From the human T2T-CHM13v2.0 reference genome, Homo sapiens: 64,000 nt of DNA. Where the stretch lies: NCBI RefSeq assembly GCF_009914755.1, contig NC_060940.1, one strand, 5' to 3'. The position numbers and the translations under genes are program-made. Under the pieces are notes generated by a model that made no database searches, was not told the DNA's origin, and saw nothing but the letters and a program-made list of their open reading frames with translations. Each line of letters starts with the position of its first letter. The first letter of the stretch is position 1. Of this stretch, positions 1-14,746 are shown piece by piece.

Positions 1-737
1 CAATAACCTCGCTATGGATATTTCTCTAGGCAGAGAAACTTTCACTGCTAAAGTTCTTATTTAAGCTAATGTGTGGCTGGAATGTTCTAAGAGTACCCTT
101 CCATCTTCTTAAAACTGCTAGCTAACTTACTTCGTCTGAATATGAGCTACATTCTAGGGCCTCGCCATTCCTCTACAAATCTTCAGTGGAGCCTACATTG
201 TTCACACACACAAAATGACGGCTAGAAAGGCAGAAAAAGAAAAGATTAAGACTAATTCTACAAAGATAGGAAAGGAAAAAAATGCAAGAGAATTCAAAAC
301 GGCTAACTCTTCATTTGGGTTGGTTTTATTTTAAAACACTGCCACCAAAAAAGTGAATCGACCGGTGGCAAGAGCAACGATGACGAGTGTTGCGGCGAGT
401 AGCCCTGTCCACACATCACGTTGGTTAGAAACGGTTTTCCTCCTCCTGAGGCTGCTGATGGCATCAGCCAGAACCCACAAGGCAGCAAGCATTACGGGGC
501 TACCATCATGTTTCTGGACATGCTGTCCCTTAGTCACCTTGACCTGCTGCACTGGTCATGAAATATAATCCAAAAAGGGTAAAAGTGCAAAGGCCCACAA
601 CCTTGAGAGATTCTAGAAAGCCTTTGGAAAAGCAGAACACACAGCAGCTTCTTCTAATCCTCAAGTCATTGCTCTGCTAGTTCCCTACAACTTAAGCTAA
701 ATGCAACGACGCAGTCTCATTAAAAAATCCATGGAAA

Positions 738-1233
738 GGCCAGGCACAGTGGCTCACATCTGTAATCCCAGCACTTTGAGAAGCTGAGGCAGGAGGACTG
801 CTTGAGGCCAGGAGTTGAAAGACCAGCCTGGGCAACACTGAGACCCTGTCTCTACAAAACAATGAAAAACTTAACTAGATATGGTGGTAAGTGCCTGTAG
901 TCCTAGTTACTCAAGAGGCTGAGGCAGGAGGAGACCTTGCTCTGTTGCCCAGGCTGGTCTTTAACTCCTGGCCTCAAGTGATCCTCCTGTCTCAGCCACC
1001 TGAATAGCTAGGATTATAAGCATGAGACACCACGCACAGATGGCTATTTAAAGAAAAAAAAAACTCGACAACTTAGGAGAGTGTCAAAATGAACATGCTT
1101 TGGTGTGCCTGAAGCTTTAGCCCAGGAGGCCGAGGTTGCAATGAGCTATGATCACGCCACTACACCCAGCCTGAGTGATAGAGCAAAATCCTATCTCTTA
1201 AAACAAAACAAAACAAAAAAAAAAAACAAAAAA
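738..1233 (+). mobile_element. Old AluJ-type element interrupted by an inverted insert (~933-1112)
   Basis: Alu consensus breaks after gaggcaggag(g) at ~930 and resumes at agcccaggagg ~1119. Confidence 0.85.
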
Positions 1234-1234
1234 A

Positions 1235-1672
<438 letters not shown>

Positions 1673-1690
1673 GAAAAGGGGGGAAACATA

Positions 1691-1814
1691 TTTTTGTAGA
1701 GATGGAGTCTTGCTATATTACCCAGACTGGTCTCAAACCCCTGGGCTCAAGTGATCCACCCGCCTTGACCTCCCAAAGTGCTGAGATTACAGGCATGGGC
1801 CACCATGCCTAGTC
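1691..1814 (-). mobile_element. Alu left monomer (FLAM-like)
   Basis: Reverse-complement monomer. Confidence 0.85.
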
Positions 1815-2535
1815 AAAAACATTATTTTAATAAAAATAAAAGTTAATTACAAATCCATAAAAGGAAGCTAACAGCCTGCCCTAATAATTAAGCAAAGGTT
1901 TCTGTGAATCCCCAAAGTGAAGTCAAACCAGACTGGAACTGAGGAACTCTGGGCTCTGTTCTAGACTCTGAGTCTGACCCCAGGTGAGTCACTGCTCCCC
2001 CTTGATGCTTCTGTTTCCTCCACTCTACAATGACCACATGGTCTCGAGGTCCCTGCTAACAGCTCTATCAATTTCTAGAGCACTAGTGATTTACCTTTGC
2101 TGGAGGGTGGGTGGAGCCCTTTGAAGAAAAGGCTTCCTTCCTTTCTCTGACCAAACTAGGAAAAGCCTAGAGTTTATCCCAAGACCATAGAAAAGAAGCA
2201 ATAAGTAGTCCAAGTCCACACACTCAAATAAAGCTACAATGACTAGGTACAAAGAGAACTGAACTAAGACAAGCCTACTGTATAGAAACAAACCCCTGGA
2301 TTCCCCTCAGCCTGCACTCAAATTTGGCATCTGGAGCATTTGGCTACTTAAATCTCTTTTAAGATCAGATTAGAATATGAACATGTTCAGAAGGTTCTAC
2401 GTTTAATTCATGAAATAGAAGGTGAGAAATATTTGATTTACAAACCAAAAATTAAAAGAATCAAAAGCATTTCAATTATAATCTAAAACAAGACTTCAAA
2501 GAATACAGTAGAGTGTCAGAATATCGAAGACTAAT

Positions 2536-3114
<579 letters not shown>

Positions 3115-3391
3115 CCACCCCACCCTAGACGCCCCCACCAAAAAGTCGCAGGCTTCTTATATGAAAGTTCAACAACATTGCTGAAATTAAGATCCACAGT
3201 GATGGATTTTCTTTCCTTTGGTCAAGTGGAGGGGTTTCCCCAGCCACCAGCCAACAGAACCAGAGCGAAAAGAGCAAGAATTCAAGTGGAAAGCACGCAG
3301 ACTTGACCAGTCACGGCTACGAACAACTCCTTCCTCCCTACCAGGGCCTCCTCATTATAAATTCCTCTTTACAAGTCAATGCTCCACTTAC

Positions 3392-3482
3392 CTATCTCAC
3401 GTTTTCTTTCATTGGTTGTACAATCGTGAAAAAATTCTGTCATCAGACTTTCCAATGCCCTGAGAGAGGCTTCTTCAGATGC
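3392..3482 (-). CDS. XPO6: XPO6 coding exon 2 (91 nt, residues 2-31 plus 1 nt)
   Basis: Acceptor ttttttttcaaattcctttgttag|GCA, donor ATAG|gtaagt; translates ASEEASLRALESLMTEFFHDCTTNERKREI, matching recalled exportin-6. Not in the ORF track because it is short. Confidence 0.96.
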
Positions 3483-3969
3483 CTAACAAAGGAATTTGAA
3501 AAAAAATCAATAAGCTGCATCTTCAGTTCCACTGTTCCTCAGTTCCTTCTAGGTCACATTCAACAGCAAGAGCAATTTACTTCCTCAAAATCTTGGTTCA
3601 ACATTCTTCAAATGCATGGTATATGCCAGAAAAAACTGAAGGGAATTTCCCAGCTGGCTCAAAACCCAACGTTGTTGTTGCATCCTCTATAAATTCATGC
3701 TACTGTGCAGCTGATTTTCAATTATGTATGCTAAGAAAAGGGGAAATTCAAAATTCAACTCTGGAATAATGATTGAAAGCAAATTAGCCCCTGGCCCTTC
3801 CTGAATGGGCAGAGCAGAGAGATTCAAGAAGGCCAGAACTCCTCATAGACTATTCATCCCTGATACATTTCCCCTGTGTCTGAATAATTTGTCATATTTT
3901 GATTCACAGCACTTATATCAAACAGCTTCATGGATTCTCAGGGGTTTGGGGGGTAACCAGGGAGAGTGG

Positions 3970-4133
3970 TTTTTTTTTTTTTTAAGAGACAGGGTCTCTG
4001 TTTGCCCAGGCTGGAGTATAGTGGTGCAATCATAGCTCACTGCAGCCTTGAATTCCTGGGCTCAAGCGATCTTCCCATCCCAGCCACCCAAAGCAATGGG
4101 ACTACAAGTGTGAGTCATTCACTGCAACTGGCC
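3970..4133 (-). mobile_element. Alu monomer (FRAM-like)
   Basis: Poly-T then right-arm reverse complement. Confidence 0.85.
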
Positions 4134-5769
4134 ATGGATTCTTGGAGGTTTTTGAAGGCATTCCAGGAGTCATACAGTCAATTCTCAATCTCACGTGAGC
4201 AGCCAACAGAGATTAAAGTGCAGCTGAGAGCCAAGCTAACTAGGGATTCAAAATTAGCTCCTGTAAACCACAGGCCCACAGTGAGAGCCAGACTCTCAGC
4301 AGAACTGCTCAGGTTGGAAATGAGAGGAGAGGCAGCTCAAGGCCCCCAGTACCCATCCCCTCCCTTTGGGGTTCATATGGAGCCCCAAAACCCACTTCCT
4401 TTATTCTTACTCAAGTAGGAGTCGCAGGAATGACCTTGAGTTAACACTCCTTCACACAACCTGCCTGCAAAAAGGTAACCATTCCCAAACCATTTTTGAG
4501 TCATCACTGGTATAATTCTACCCCAGACATAATCAAGAGCCAGCAGCAGTTGTGATTATTTAATTATCTCTTAACTTCTTTCTTCCCACCTATCTCCCTT
4601 CCCCATATCCTCTCCATCAACCATGGACTGAGACCTGACTATAAAAACTGCATTTTAAAACAACAAGCCCACACTCAAATGTGTCACATGTCAAACTGTA
4701 GTATACCAGCGGCCTCCGTCGGGTGATTGACTTTGTGAAGACTGAGGAACAAATTTTCATCTCTGAGGAAAAACCAGCACTTCTCAGTACCAATTACAGA
4801 GGCTGAATCAGACTTGATTCATAAGCGTGTGCACACCAACCAACACACACAAGTGCACTCACTACACAGAACACAGGGCCACGTTCCTCCCACACTGAGG
4901 TCACAGAATGATGGCTCTGCAATGACACCTGAACTGCGACACACTGAATGATGAATTATTGTACAATACTTTGAGCGCTTGTGAGTGAGAGAGACTTTCT
5001 TCCCTGAACTTTGTATTTAGGATAAAGATTAGCCTAGCCCCCTACTCCTCTTTCAGACTTCCATATCGGTTTAACTAAAAAATATCCTTGGCTTGCAAGC
5101 CAAGCTGTTTTATTAAAAACTATCTATTTTTTCAAACCCAAAAATAAACTGAAAAGTGAAGCTAAAATAAGACTGCAATCTTCTAAAATGTTTCAAGTGT
5201 TTGTGTTGATCAAAACAGCCTCACTGTTCTCACTGACTTTATAAATAAATGCTATAAATGCAAACCTCTAAAATGAGTGTACATAATAAAAGAACGCCGT
5301 AGTCTGTTTCATAAATCGAGTCTGGTGTGCCATTTCATTTGAAAAAAGGATTTGCTATTTAAAATAAAAAGGCTGTGGGAAGATGCAGAAGAATCAAAAA
5401 AAATAGCACATGTTAAAATAAATCAATAGTTCTTCTGGAGCCAAAATGTGTTCCTGGAAACTAAGGACACATCTGCAAATCATATCTCTCCATAACTTCT
5501 TGTGTTGAATCATTTTAAAGTAGATCCTGCAGCAAACTTGAGCTTATCACATCCAGGCAATCAACCACCACCATTTATTTAGTACTAGATTCTTGAGGAA
5601 GAGATCTGAGAAATAAATGATTACTGGAAAGTTCCTGATAATCTCCAAAAAGAATCCAACTCTGCCACCATTCCCAGTCCCATCTACCCTTTACTCTCTG
5701 CCCCAACCCAAGAAGTTACAGTTCCTGCAGAAAGTGGAAGGACAAAAGTACTCCTAAGAATCCCAGATG

Positions 5770-5900
5770 GGCTGGCCCAAAGGTACTGAGTTATCTCACT
5801 GGACTGTTTGCAGTCAGTTACAGATCCAACTCCTTGTTCTACTCTTTCCCCCGTTCTCACTACTACACTTCACTAGTTTAAAAAAAAAAAAAAAAAAAAA
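5770..5900 (+). pseudogene. Y1 RNA (RNY1) retropseudogene
   Basis: Full-length match to recalled hY1 with roughly a dozen substitutions; A21 tail 5880-5900; target-site duplication cccagatg at 5762-5769 and 5901-5908. Confidence 0.95.
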
Positions 5901-6789
5901 CCCAGATGCATTTTCCCATTAAATGATGGCTACATGAAAAAGGAAGCTCCAAAACCAAATCCGGGGCATTACCAGGTGTTTCTCAACAAGAACAAATAAG
6001 TGCTGTTTGCATTTTTAATCATTTCTATATCTGTAACAACAATACCTGCCTCACAGGGTGATATGAGATCCAATCAGGCGATCCATGTAAAACTGCTACA
6101 TAAACCATAAGGAATTATCTAATCTGTAGTTATGGCTGATCTCATTTTTATTTGGTCTTAGATACCAAATGAAAACAGACCAAAGCAAAACAACAAAAGT
6201 GGTCAGGCCTACTTTGAAACTAGAGACTCATGCCCTCAGGTTTAAGGGCTTTCTCCCAATCATATCTAGTGGGGCTTTTCAGACTAGATTTCAAAATGAA
6301 GCTATGTAAAATGTATAGGCGGGAAAAATCAGGAGGCCAAGAATTTGCTAACATCACACAATCAGAACAGAGGTAGAAAAGACATAGAAGGCACATTCAA
6401 GGATACTGGTTCAAGGATACTGGAGAATTCCCTGGCTCCCGTTTGGCAACAAAGCCACCGGAACCTTGGCCAGCTGTTTCAAGCAAGTGGTGAAGCCAGA
6501 AAGTAGATTGGGTGAGTTAAGGAATTAACTGCAAGTGAGGAAGAGGTAATACTCCAAGCAGATTACACTTTCAAGTAATGAAAGGGACAAAGAACATAAA
6601 ACAAAATCCAAGTGCCATCGTGTGGTAGGGAGACAAGGCTTCCATTCCCAAAGGCTATTCAAAAACTTTATCTCCTGCGCTGCATTAATTTATGAAGAAT
6701 AAGAAAATTTATCTGACTGCCTCCTACCTTGTGCTTGGGATTTAAGCCTCAGACAGATCTTGACAAACTAAGGAAAGGTAAGATAAGTT

Positions 6790-8010
<1,221 letters not shown>

Positions 8011-8825
8011 TTTAAAATCCTCATTTCTAAAGTCCAGGTTGGTGTTATCAGACTCTTTAGAAACTGTATTTTAGCTCTATCAGCACAACTATGGCTCTGG
8101 GGACTGGCAATAAGCCTGCAGGTAACAGTGTGAGCATGAGGCTCCTGATTTCTAGGAACCATCTCTTGTCTTCAGAGCTGCCAGGATGGCAGCACAAGGT
8201 ATTACAACCCCATAAGCCTATGCTTCCCCAAGAGTTACTTGGCTCACCTCAATAGCAAATGGCACATACACTTAAAATCCTTGGGCAGGATGACGAATTA
8301 AGCTTGGCTCAGAATATACTCTTGGAGAGCTCTGCATAGATCTAAAACAAACCCAAGTTTTCTGTTCCAGAAACAGTTAAAACTGCAAAGGTGATAAGCT
8401 TGCAACTGTGCCTGCCCTGACTTTATCTGCTCCTTTTACTTTGCTGCTCATGGGTCAGCAGTTCAGAGATCTATGCCATTGACTCATTTATTAAGGGACT
8501 ACTAAGTCCACCAAGACCCATAATCACCTAAAAAAATTAAAACTTGGAAGAAGCAGAAGGGTGACATAATTTGAGATCGCCTTTGCTTCTTCCCCATATT
8601 CTCCATCCACAGCAAACACCATCAGGTCTGCGGACTGTTGCTTCTCACTCTTTTGCAGGTTTGTACCTTCTCCCTCACCACTATTTCTACGGAGCCCTAA
8701 TCATCTCCTGCCTACGTTACTATAATTGCTTTTACCTGGTTTCCAGGTTTTCCAATTCCAATCCAAACAGTACTTTACCGCCAGATAAATTCTCTTAAAT
8801 ATAGATTTTTCTGCCCCAGTTATTC

Positions 8826-9293
8826 TTTTTTTTTTTTTTTTTTTTTTGCTAAAGACATGGTCTCTGTTGCCAGGCTAGAGTTCAGTGGCATGATCCTAGT
8901 TCACTGAGGCCTCAAACTCCTTGGCTCAAGCAATCCTCCTGCCTCAGCTTCAAATAGCTGAGACTACAGGCACATGCCACCACATCTGGCTTTTATTTTC
9001 ATTTTTGTAGAGCCTGGGTCTTGCTCTGTTGCCGAGGTTGGGGTTGAACACCTGACTTCAAGTGATCCTCCCACCTTGGCCTCCCAAAATGCTGGGATCA
9101 CAGGTGGGAGCCTCTGCATTCAGCCTAATTTTTTTTTTTTTTTTAGAGACAGAGTGTTGCTGTATCACCCCAGACTGGAGTGCAGTGGAACAATCACAGC
9201 TCACTGCAGCCTCAAACCCCTGGGCTCAGGCGATCCTCCCCACTTCAGCCTCCTGAGAAGCTGAGACTATAGGCACATGCCATCACACCGCTC
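8826..9293 (-). mobile_element. AluJ plus adjacent monomer
   Basis: Two reverse-oriented Alu units with poly-T leaders. Confidence 0.9.
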
Positions 9294-10559
9294 CAATTAT
9301 TCTAAACCTAGCTTTAATTCTGGAGTGACTAAGCAACTCAGCTATTTGTTGGAGAAATGAGAATTCAATACTCACTAAGTAACTGATATTGCTTAAATTA
9401 AGCCCCTGGGATACAATGATGAGTAAGACGGTCCCTAACTTCAAAGAACTGAAGGTGGCCTAGCAGTTACATCCTGTAGTCCTGGCGTACATATAAACAG
9501 CCTCAGAAGACCAAAGAGAAAACTAACTCTATCTGAAGGAAAGAAAGCTTCAAAGGGGTGATTTGGGTTTTGAAGAGCAAGGAAGTTTACTAGGAGGATA
9601 AGAAGGAAAGCATGCCTGATTCAATGTCACTCGCCATAGGAAGCCACACCAATCTGAACACTCATGGTCTCATAAGCGAGTACCTAGCCCCATCCTGCAT
9701 TTGCTTCTGAGACTGCAATTTATAGTTTAACCTTCATGAATTTTCCTACACAGATTACAGTACAGATCAGGTCATTTACATCTTGTGTCTTTGTCTTGTA
9801 ATCAGTACTACAGAATTTTGCCCTTGGTGCTGTTCTCTGGTCATTTCAGAATGGCAAAAGTTTTAAAATGCAGGCTCTAGGGTCAGGTTCCCCAAGTTTG
9901 AATCCAAATGTGCAGCTTGACCTTGGCCTAGTTATTTAATGTGTCACTGTTTCTTCTTGTGCACAAGTGGGGACAGTAAAAGTACCTAACATATTGGGTC
10001 ATTCTGAGAATTAAATAAAATGTAAAATACATAGTAAACACAATGTCAGGCATGAAGTGTGGGCTGAAAGTCACTGTTCATACGTCATAGATATTAGGCT
10101 TCTCTACCCAGAACATCAACTGTCTGGAAAGATGCTCTATCTAGTATGTCTGTATTTTCTACAATATCTACCATGGGCTGGTGGCTCAACTATCTTAAAG
10201 ACCAAATTCAAGACAGTAAAAGGAACAAGAAAACTGTTGGTATCACTTTCAGTTTCTCAAGAATACTGGTAATTCCTCCAAATTGAAGATACATGTGACT
10301 CTTTACATTTTCCCCTTTAAGGGTTCTGACCATAAGCAGACTTCTGCTCACACGCAGATTCAATCTGTGTTGAAAAACAGGAGACTGCTAACACTGAGAC
10401 TGAAGGTGGATAATAAGGTGCTTTTCCCTAAGATGTAGCAGCTAGAAGGTGGTTTCCTCAAACCCTGATTAAATCTGTAATATGTTACCTAATGGCCTCT
10501 AAAACAACCCCCTCTAAGCATAACCTTTTTACAAAATTAATCTTGGGGAATAATGACTA

Positions 10560-10697
10560 TTTTTTAAATTTTTTTTAAATAAAGATGGGGTCTTGCTATG
10601 TTGCCCAAGCTAGTCTTAAAACCCCCAGGTTCAAGCAATCCTCCCACCTATGCCTCTCAAAGTTCTGGGATTACAGGCATGGGCCAACATGCCCAGC
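10560..10697 (-). mobile_element. Alu left monomer
   Basis: Flanked by aatgactatttttta duplication. Confidence 0.85.
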
Positions 10698-11419
10698 CAA
10701 AAATGACTATTTTTTAAAGACACTTCTATTAAGCTTTTTGCCATCCTTTCCCAGAGCCTCATTTTGTATAATCTACTAGGAGGTGAATCATATGGGTCTC
10801 CTATATTCAGGTTCATGGGCTCATAGATACCAAACCTCAACAAAATGAGGACTAGTATCCCAGAGTACCATTCAAATATCCCTGTGGCATATCTAGAACA
10901 GTGTCATTACCCTATTTGCTGTATATAAAGGTTTCGAAGAAAAGTGATTCTATCCCTGCTGCCAACGAAGGTTAAAAAGTATGCAAAACATATCCGGTGT
11001 GTTACAACACATGCGATTAGCAAAGATATTCAAACTCATGTAAACTTTCTCTGAAAGCTAACAGGATTACCATAGATGTCTAAACTCTCAGATCATCACT
11101 CTCACTTCCCTACACCCTTCACCACTGCAAAAAAAAAAAAAAAAAAAAAAAAAAGGAGAGAAAAAAATCTTTGACCTGTAGGCCTGCACACAAGTATGAG
11201 ATGAAATACTAAGCTTAAAATAACATGCATGGGAACCAGGGCGAGTGACATCTACCTATCCCCCTCCTGAAGTCATTCAGCTCAAAAAGCCAGAAAGCTA
11301 GAAAAGTGCATCAAGGAAGCCCCAGTCAGGAGAACGACATTCAGAACAATGCTTCCTCCCATCTCTCCCTCCGGTCACTACTGCTCTTTTGCATCCCAGC
11401 CCGTAGATATTTTCCTTTT

Positions 11420-11699
11420 CCTTTTGTTTTCTGGAGGCACAGGTCTTGCTCTGTCGCCCAGGCTGGAGTACAGTGGCACAAACTCTATCTCCCGGGCTCA
11501 AGCTATCCTTCTACCTCAGCCTCCCAAGTAGCTGGGACCACAGCTGCACACCACCACATCCAGCTGATTTTTGTATTTTTTGTAGAGCTGGGGTTTCGCC
11601 ATGTTGCCCAGGCTGGTCTTAAACTCCAGGGCTCAAGCGATCCGCCTGCCTCAGCCTCCAAAAGTGCTGGGATTAGAGGCACGAGCCACCGCGTCCAGC
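11420..11699 (-). mobile_element. AluJ
   Basis: Reverse-complement dimer. Confidence 0.9.
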
Positions 11700-12611
11700 T
11701 GACACTTCCTTTAAAAAAAAAAAAAAAAAAGCACAGCATATTGAAGTGGAAATCTCACTTTATTCCTCTATTTAAAAAAAAGAAAAAGTGGTGAAGCCCA
11801 CTGACCCTCCACAGTCTAGCAGTCAGCAGGGCAATCAGGGAAGCCCAGAGACACTGGATGACTCGCTCAAAGACACACAGCCAGTGAGCAGCCAGCCAGA
11901 ATCTCAGCCCCAGCCACACCCATGTGAGTTCCTTTCCTTAGCCTGACTGTGATAGGACAGCGTAAGGCCAAGCAGAGGGAAGACCGAGGTACAAATATAC
12001 ATTGATGTAATTCATTCTAAACATTGTGTACAAGAGTTGCAGGAGAAAAAAAAATGTCTTCTACTGAAGCAAACAAACAGACAACCACAGCATGTAACAG
12101 GACTGCTAAGGCTGGGCAGGCGCGCCCACCCCTCTATTAACACAATCTGGAACAAAGTCATCCCCTCGCATGAGAAAGGCTTCTTGTTTTCCTGTCTGCA
12201 GCTTAGATCTAGACATAACTTTGCACAATATCTTCACACAGACATTTAATATTTGATTAAAACATACACTCTGGCTGCATCTAAACATAATTTTAGTCAT
12301 TAAAAAGCACTTTTCTGCTTTAATCTAAAACTACCATAAAGTTGATCGATGGCAGAACATTCCTCTATTATTTCTTGGGTTTGCACAAAGTGCCCAGTCA
12401 GATTGTCTGTCTCTTCCTCTAATTACTGCTGAGGACCAAGAGTTAGAAGCAAGATGACTGCCGGGTGTCTGGGCCAGGAAGTTCAACTGATCCCACTGTG
12501 GCAGTGATAACATGGAAGCAGCATATTTTCTCCCCATGGAGACCAGTTAGAGGAAACATCTTTGTATACAGAGGATGGTACGTTTTATGCTGGGAAACCT
12601 CATCCACATAG

Positions 12612-12992
<381 letters not shown>

Positions 12993-13009
12993 TAATTTTA
13001 AACAACAAA

Positions 13010-13490
13010 TCTAAAGACTAAAGAGCATGACAAGTAAATGCTACACCTGACCACAGATTGATCCTGGACTGGAGGGAAAAAATGCTATGAAAGGCATGAC
13101 TGAGCCAATTGACAAAACTGGAATACAGGTGGTAGTAGGTTAGATCAAAGTACTGAATCAATGTTCTATTAACCGAAGATGGTAACTGTACCATAGTCAT
13201 GTGGGAGAATGCCCCTATTAAGAAATATATGATATAGGGCAATGGACCATGACAAAGGCAACTTACTCTAAAATTGTTCAGAAAAAAATACATGTGTGTG
13301 TGAATGTACATGCATGTACATGCATATATGTCTATATATACATATAAAGAGGGAACGTGCAAATAATAACGTTAACAGGACAAAATATTAACGGTAGGTG
13401 AGTTTGGGTAAAGGGTATGAGAGATCTTTGTATAACTTATTCCTTGAAATCTTTCTATTTGAAATCATTTTGAAATAAACAGTTTTTAAA
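13010..13490 (+). mobile_element. L1MC/ME-type 3' UTR fragment
   Basis: gacaagtaaatgc...atcctggactgg...gatggtaactgtaccatagtcatgtgggagaatg motifs. Confidence 0.65.
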
Positions 13491-14440
13491 ATACCATCCA
13501 CTGGCCGGTACCCTCTACCTTGCCCCTGGCTGCTCCCAGCTAGCTAGGCATATGGGAAAGAGAAATGGAGAAAAGGATACAATAGGAAAGAATTATTCTC
13601 TCAGGTGCCAGGTTTATTTTCACCACAGTTACACAGCCTAGACATTAAAATGTTTGCATCTACTGGTTGGGCAACAAACCATATCCACTAGGAGCTAAAA
13701 TACATATATTTTATATACTTATTTATATTCCAGTCAGAAGGCTTAATTAAACAGCCAAAAAAAGTAAATGATAAAAATAGTTATTCTGCAGAAACTGTCT
13801 AAAGTAAGTAATACAGCCAAGAGTAGGCTCTGTCTTCACAGTCCCATCTGCTTCCCTTTCCCAGGTACATATCCCAGGAGGATGGATGTTTATATCTGCA
13901 TGCCTAGTATTAAACTCAAAAGATACTTACTGGGCACATTAACACAAGGCAAGCTACCAAGAAATGCTAAAACACGATCACAGAATCTTAAGACAGAAGT
14001 AAACAAACCCCAGAGCACAGCAAGTCCAATCTTGTTCTACAATGAGGAAAATGAAGCTGAGAGAGAGCATCCTCCCAAAGTCAGCTAGCTGTGGGTCAAG
14101 TGAAGACAGGGGCAGGCCACCAGAGCTCTTGCCCAGTGACAGCTCCTACACCCCTTGAGGAAGCACAGAGGAGTTCTGCTCCAAGGGTTTTAAGGATGAT
14201 GAATGAGCTGGCTTTACCTGGCATTGGATGACATCAGGTAATGAATGAGTATGAAACTGACGAACCACTATAAAAGCATGCTGCAAATCTAACATGATGA
14301 TTAACGCTACTGCTCAGGTGAGTAATTTCATTTCAGCTGCTATTACCACCTGTGCTATTTAAGAGCAAGTCTCTTGTAAAACCACCTTCATCCTGAATTA
14401 TTCCCAGGTAGACTTGGCATTTTAAATAAGTTAACATAAT

Positions 14441-14746
14441 GGCTGGGCGCGGTGGCTCACGCCTGTAATCCCAGCACTGTGGGAGGCTGAGGCAGGCAGA
14501 TCACCTGAGGTCAGGAGTTCGAGACCAGCCTGGCCAACATGGTGAAACCCCATCTCTAATAAAAATACAAAAATTAGCCAGGAGTGGTGGTGGCGGACAC
14601 CTGTAATCCCAGCTACTCAGGAGGCTGAGGCAGGAGAATCACTTGAACCCAGGTGGCAGAGACTGCAGTGAGCAGAGATCGGGCCACTGCACTCCAGCCT
14701 GGGTGACAGAGCAAGACTCCGTCTCAAAAAAAAAAAAAAAAAAAAA
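14441..14746 (+). mobile_element. AluSx-type
   Basis: Full dimer with A tail. Confidence 0.95.
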
